Shown piece after piece: positions 34,908 to 36,738 of a stretch of 36,738 bases of DNA. The notes beneath the pieces are model-generated. The model did no database searches. It saw only the letters and a program-made list of their open reading frames with translations, and was not told where the DNA came from. The translations under genes were made by a program, and so were the position numbers. The stretch covers positions 1-36,738 of IMG/VR virus record IMGVR_UViG_3300020336_000022; one strand, given 5' to 3'. Each line of letters starts with the position of its first letter. The first letter of the stretch is position 1. This DNA is from a virus. Taxonomy: Duplodnaviria; Caudoviricetes.

Positions 34908-35119
34908 TATGATACACCTTTGATAATGTTGTTTTCCATAGTTACATTTGCAAAGAACTCTCGGCCACCTTTCCCTATGATAGCAGGACGGTGTGCAACT
35001 GCAAATGATCCATTACTTTTGTATTCGTTACCAAACATACTTGTTTCTTGGTATTTTAATGGTTGTCCAATAGATTCTTTGAGTTGTTTTTTGGTTTTAT
35101 AGAACACTAGCATTGTCAT
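34907..35119 (-). CDS. Hypothetical early protein
   Basis: YKTKKQLKESIGQPLKYQETSMFG; coupled ORF. Confidence 0.75.
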   Translation of the reverse strand: MTMLVFYKTKKQLKESIGQPLKYQETSMFGNEYKSNGSFAVAHRPAIIGKGGREFFANVTMENNIIKGVS

Positions 35120-35429
35120 AATTGAATCTCACTGATATTTCTTGAGTGGTTGACATGACACACTTCTCGTTACGTTTGAATAGTTCAGCCTCAATTAGAT
35201 TGAGACCAGAGAATGTGGGATCGTCAGATACAACACGAACAATCCAGACTTCTTCACGCATCTGGACAGAGTTAGTAGTACCATCAGTATTAGTACCTTC
35301 ATCGTTCCAGTGACCAACACCGTTGTATGCTGTGCAGCCGCCATGAATGTTAGTTAGAAGTGTCTTGGCATCTTCAAAGGTTTGTCTACCCACTGCACAT
35401 GGGATATATACTTCATGTATGTAGTTCAT
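35097..35429 (-). CDS. Hypothetical early protein, possible PII/SAM-lyase-like fold
   Basis: GGCT..G.GHW...REEV..V...NEKCV pattern; function speculative. Confidence 0.6.
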   Translation of the reverse strand: MNYIHEVYIPCAVGRQTFEDAKTLLTNIHGGCTAYNGVGHWNDEGTNTDGTTNSVQMREEVWIVRVVSDDPTFSGLNLIEAELFKRNEKCVMSTTQEISVRFNYDNASVL

Positions 35430-35650
35430 TGTTCTAGTACCACTTCTGCATTGGTTTCTATCCAGACTTTAGCACCACATGATAGTGGTTTGTCAGGACT
35501 GTATACGACTGTGCTACCGCCCATGATATGGACAGCGTGTGCATACTCGTTAGACTTACTGGTTTTGACACTGATCACAGGGTTACGATTACCAGACTTT
35601 GCATTGTCTCTGATAACATGCTGGTTGATATGGATACGTTTAAGTGTCAT
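35426..35650 (-). CDS. Conserved phage hypothetical protein
   Basis: IHINQHVIR...PVISVK...VVYSPDKPLSCGAKVWIET; likely start MTLKR. Confidence 0.75.
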   Translation of the reverse strand: MTLKRIHINQHVIRDNAKSGNRNPVISVKTSKSNEYAHAVHIMGGSTVVYSPDKPLSCGAKVWIETNAEVVLEQ

Positions 35651-35822
35651 CTTTTCTCTCCACACAAAAGCATTGTTGTTTAGGATAATCAAAGCCACGC
35701 TCTGTATGTGCTACGTGGCAATGGGACATGTATTTATGTTCAGAGTGTATTTCAAGATTAACTTCTGAGTATGTGATTGTACCTGTACAAGCCAACACCC
35801 ATTTATATACTATTGGGTTCAT
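35640..35822 (-). CDS. Small Cys/His-containing hypothetical protein
   Basis: Fills the gap in the - strand chain; start uncertain. Confidence 0.5.
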   Translation of the reverse strand: MNPIVYKWVLACTGTITYSEVNLEIHSEHKYMSHCHVAHTERGFDYPKQQCFCVERKDDT

Positions 35823-36090
35823 CGTCATACACCTCACCAAAGTCTTGCCATTCTTGTTCCCAAGTAGGCTGACCATCATCGTAGTCTTCTTCATCTTCAT
35901 ACCAATGTGGTTCTGTACCAACAACTATTTGTGATATAGCGGCACAGTATACATCATCGTTTTCATGCATGATAGTATTGTACATTGATTCAGCATGTTC
36001 CCAATTTTGAGAGACCTGCCAGTGATCTACAAGTGTAGGTTTGTTGTCAATTGTTTGTCTGACTTGCCAAGATACAATGTACATACTCAT
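35803..36090 (-). CDS. Hypothetical early protein with acidic DDGQPTWEQEWQDF tail
   Basis: ATGA coupling at 36087-36090. Confidence 0.7.
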   Translation of the reverse strand: MSMYIVSWQVRQTIDNKPTLVDHWQVSQNWEHAESMYNTIMHENDDVYCAAISQIVVGTEPHWYEDEEDYDDGQPTWEQEWQDFGEVYDDEPNSI

Positions 36091-36485
36091 AGTTCTTCTT
36101 CCCAATGGTTTACAAGTAGCTCTACATCGTAGCATTCCATGTCTTCATGGTGTGTGATTAAGTCAACCTCTAGTTCACCACTGCTCCATTCCTGTGCATG
36201 TACTTCGTGAAAGTCCCAATCAGTTGGTGTATTAAATCTTAAGTGCATATTACCAGAGCCAGTAATGTGTTCTTTCCATTTATTGGAAGAGAACAGGTTG
36301 TCTCGTCTAGCAAGTTTCATAAACTCTTTACCAGAGGTTTTGGTTAGTTTTAAGATTACTTCACCGTATCCATTAGAGTATATATCTTCAATATCATCCA
36401 CTGTAAATTCATATGGTAGGTTACAAAATAGGTCGAGTTCATAGTATTCTGTAGCTCGTACATCAATTCTTATTTGAGTTGACAT
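36087..36485 (-). CDS. Hypothetical early protein
   Basis: Start MSTQIRID after AGGAG. Confidence 0.7.
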   Translation of the reverse strand: MSTQIRIDVRATEYYELDLFCNLPYEFTVDDIEDIYSNGYGEVILKLTKTSGKEFMKLARRDNLFSSNKWKEHITGSGNMHLRFNTPTDWDFHEVHAQEWSSGELEVDLITHHEDMECYDVELLVNHWEEEL

Positions 36486-36675
36486 CTTTAAGATACTCCT
36501 GTTTCCATTCTGAGAAAGCATACCCACCCATTTGACTGAATTGGTGTAGTGTGTAGTTGTGTACCATGAGAGCTAGAACAGTAGCATATGCTTTGTATTC
36601 AAAGGTCTCAATGTAATCTTGTATTTCATCCCAAGATTCTGGGGTGATTACTAGTTTTTGATTTGATAGATCCAT
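36463..36675 (-). CDS. Hypothetical early protein
   Basis: TGATG coupling to the upstream partial ORF. Confidence 0.7.
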   Translation of the reverse strand: MDLSNQKLVITPESWDEIQDYIETFEYKAYATVLALMVHNYTLHQFSQMGGYAFSEWKQEYLKDVNSNKN

Positions 36676-36737
36676 CAGTGACCAGCCTTTCCTGTGTAAC
36701 CATTACTGTTAAGACGGTTACGATTATCAATAGCATC
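36675..36737 (-). CDS. 3' end of a gene starting beyond the window
   Basis: ...DAIDNRNRLNSNGYTGKAGH* ending at a TGATG overlap. Confidence 0.5.
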   Translation of the reverse strand, partial: DAIDNRNRLNSNGYTGKAGH

Positions 36738-36738
36738 T

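Noticed and set aside
116-35934. Antisense and alternative-frame ORFs in the track (e.g. 116..469-, 12618..13025-, 25816..26178+, 27326..27844-, 34704..35102+)
   Set aside because: They lie within well-supported genes, lack RBSs and motifs, and look like shadow frames.

Overview
Part of an AT-rich lytic podovirus genome, probably infecting a marine alphaproteobacterium (inferred from the class II RNR and GTA-type holin). Two arms converge on a bidirectional terminator at ~23927-23979. The + arm (1-23928) carries tail-fibre-like genes, a lysis cassette, cobalamin-dependent nrdJ, an enlarged tail nozzle-type protein, a GNAT protein and a run of almost cysteine-free ejection proteins bearing Hint, GH24 lysozyme and staphylococcal-nuclease-like domains. 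It ends in a ~1285-aa protein with all single-subunit RNA polymerase motifs, resembling a compact N4-type virion RNAP. The - arm (23978-36738) carries small early genes, two nucleotide pyrophosphatases, HNH, family A DNA polymerase, 5'-3' exonuclease, RusA, primase-helicase and a second, conventional T7-like RNAP. One + strand terminase-small-subunit-like gene interrupts it. The main finding is a two-RNAP system whose putative virion-delivered RNAP has a NADAR-like (ADP-ribosyl hydrolase family) domain inserted at the specificity-loop position. There are also three exact copies of a 16-bp promoter-like motif TATATACCCCTTATAG, two of them face-to-face. Capsid, portal and large terminase genes are not in this window. 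All domain calls come from reading motifs by eye; no searches were run.
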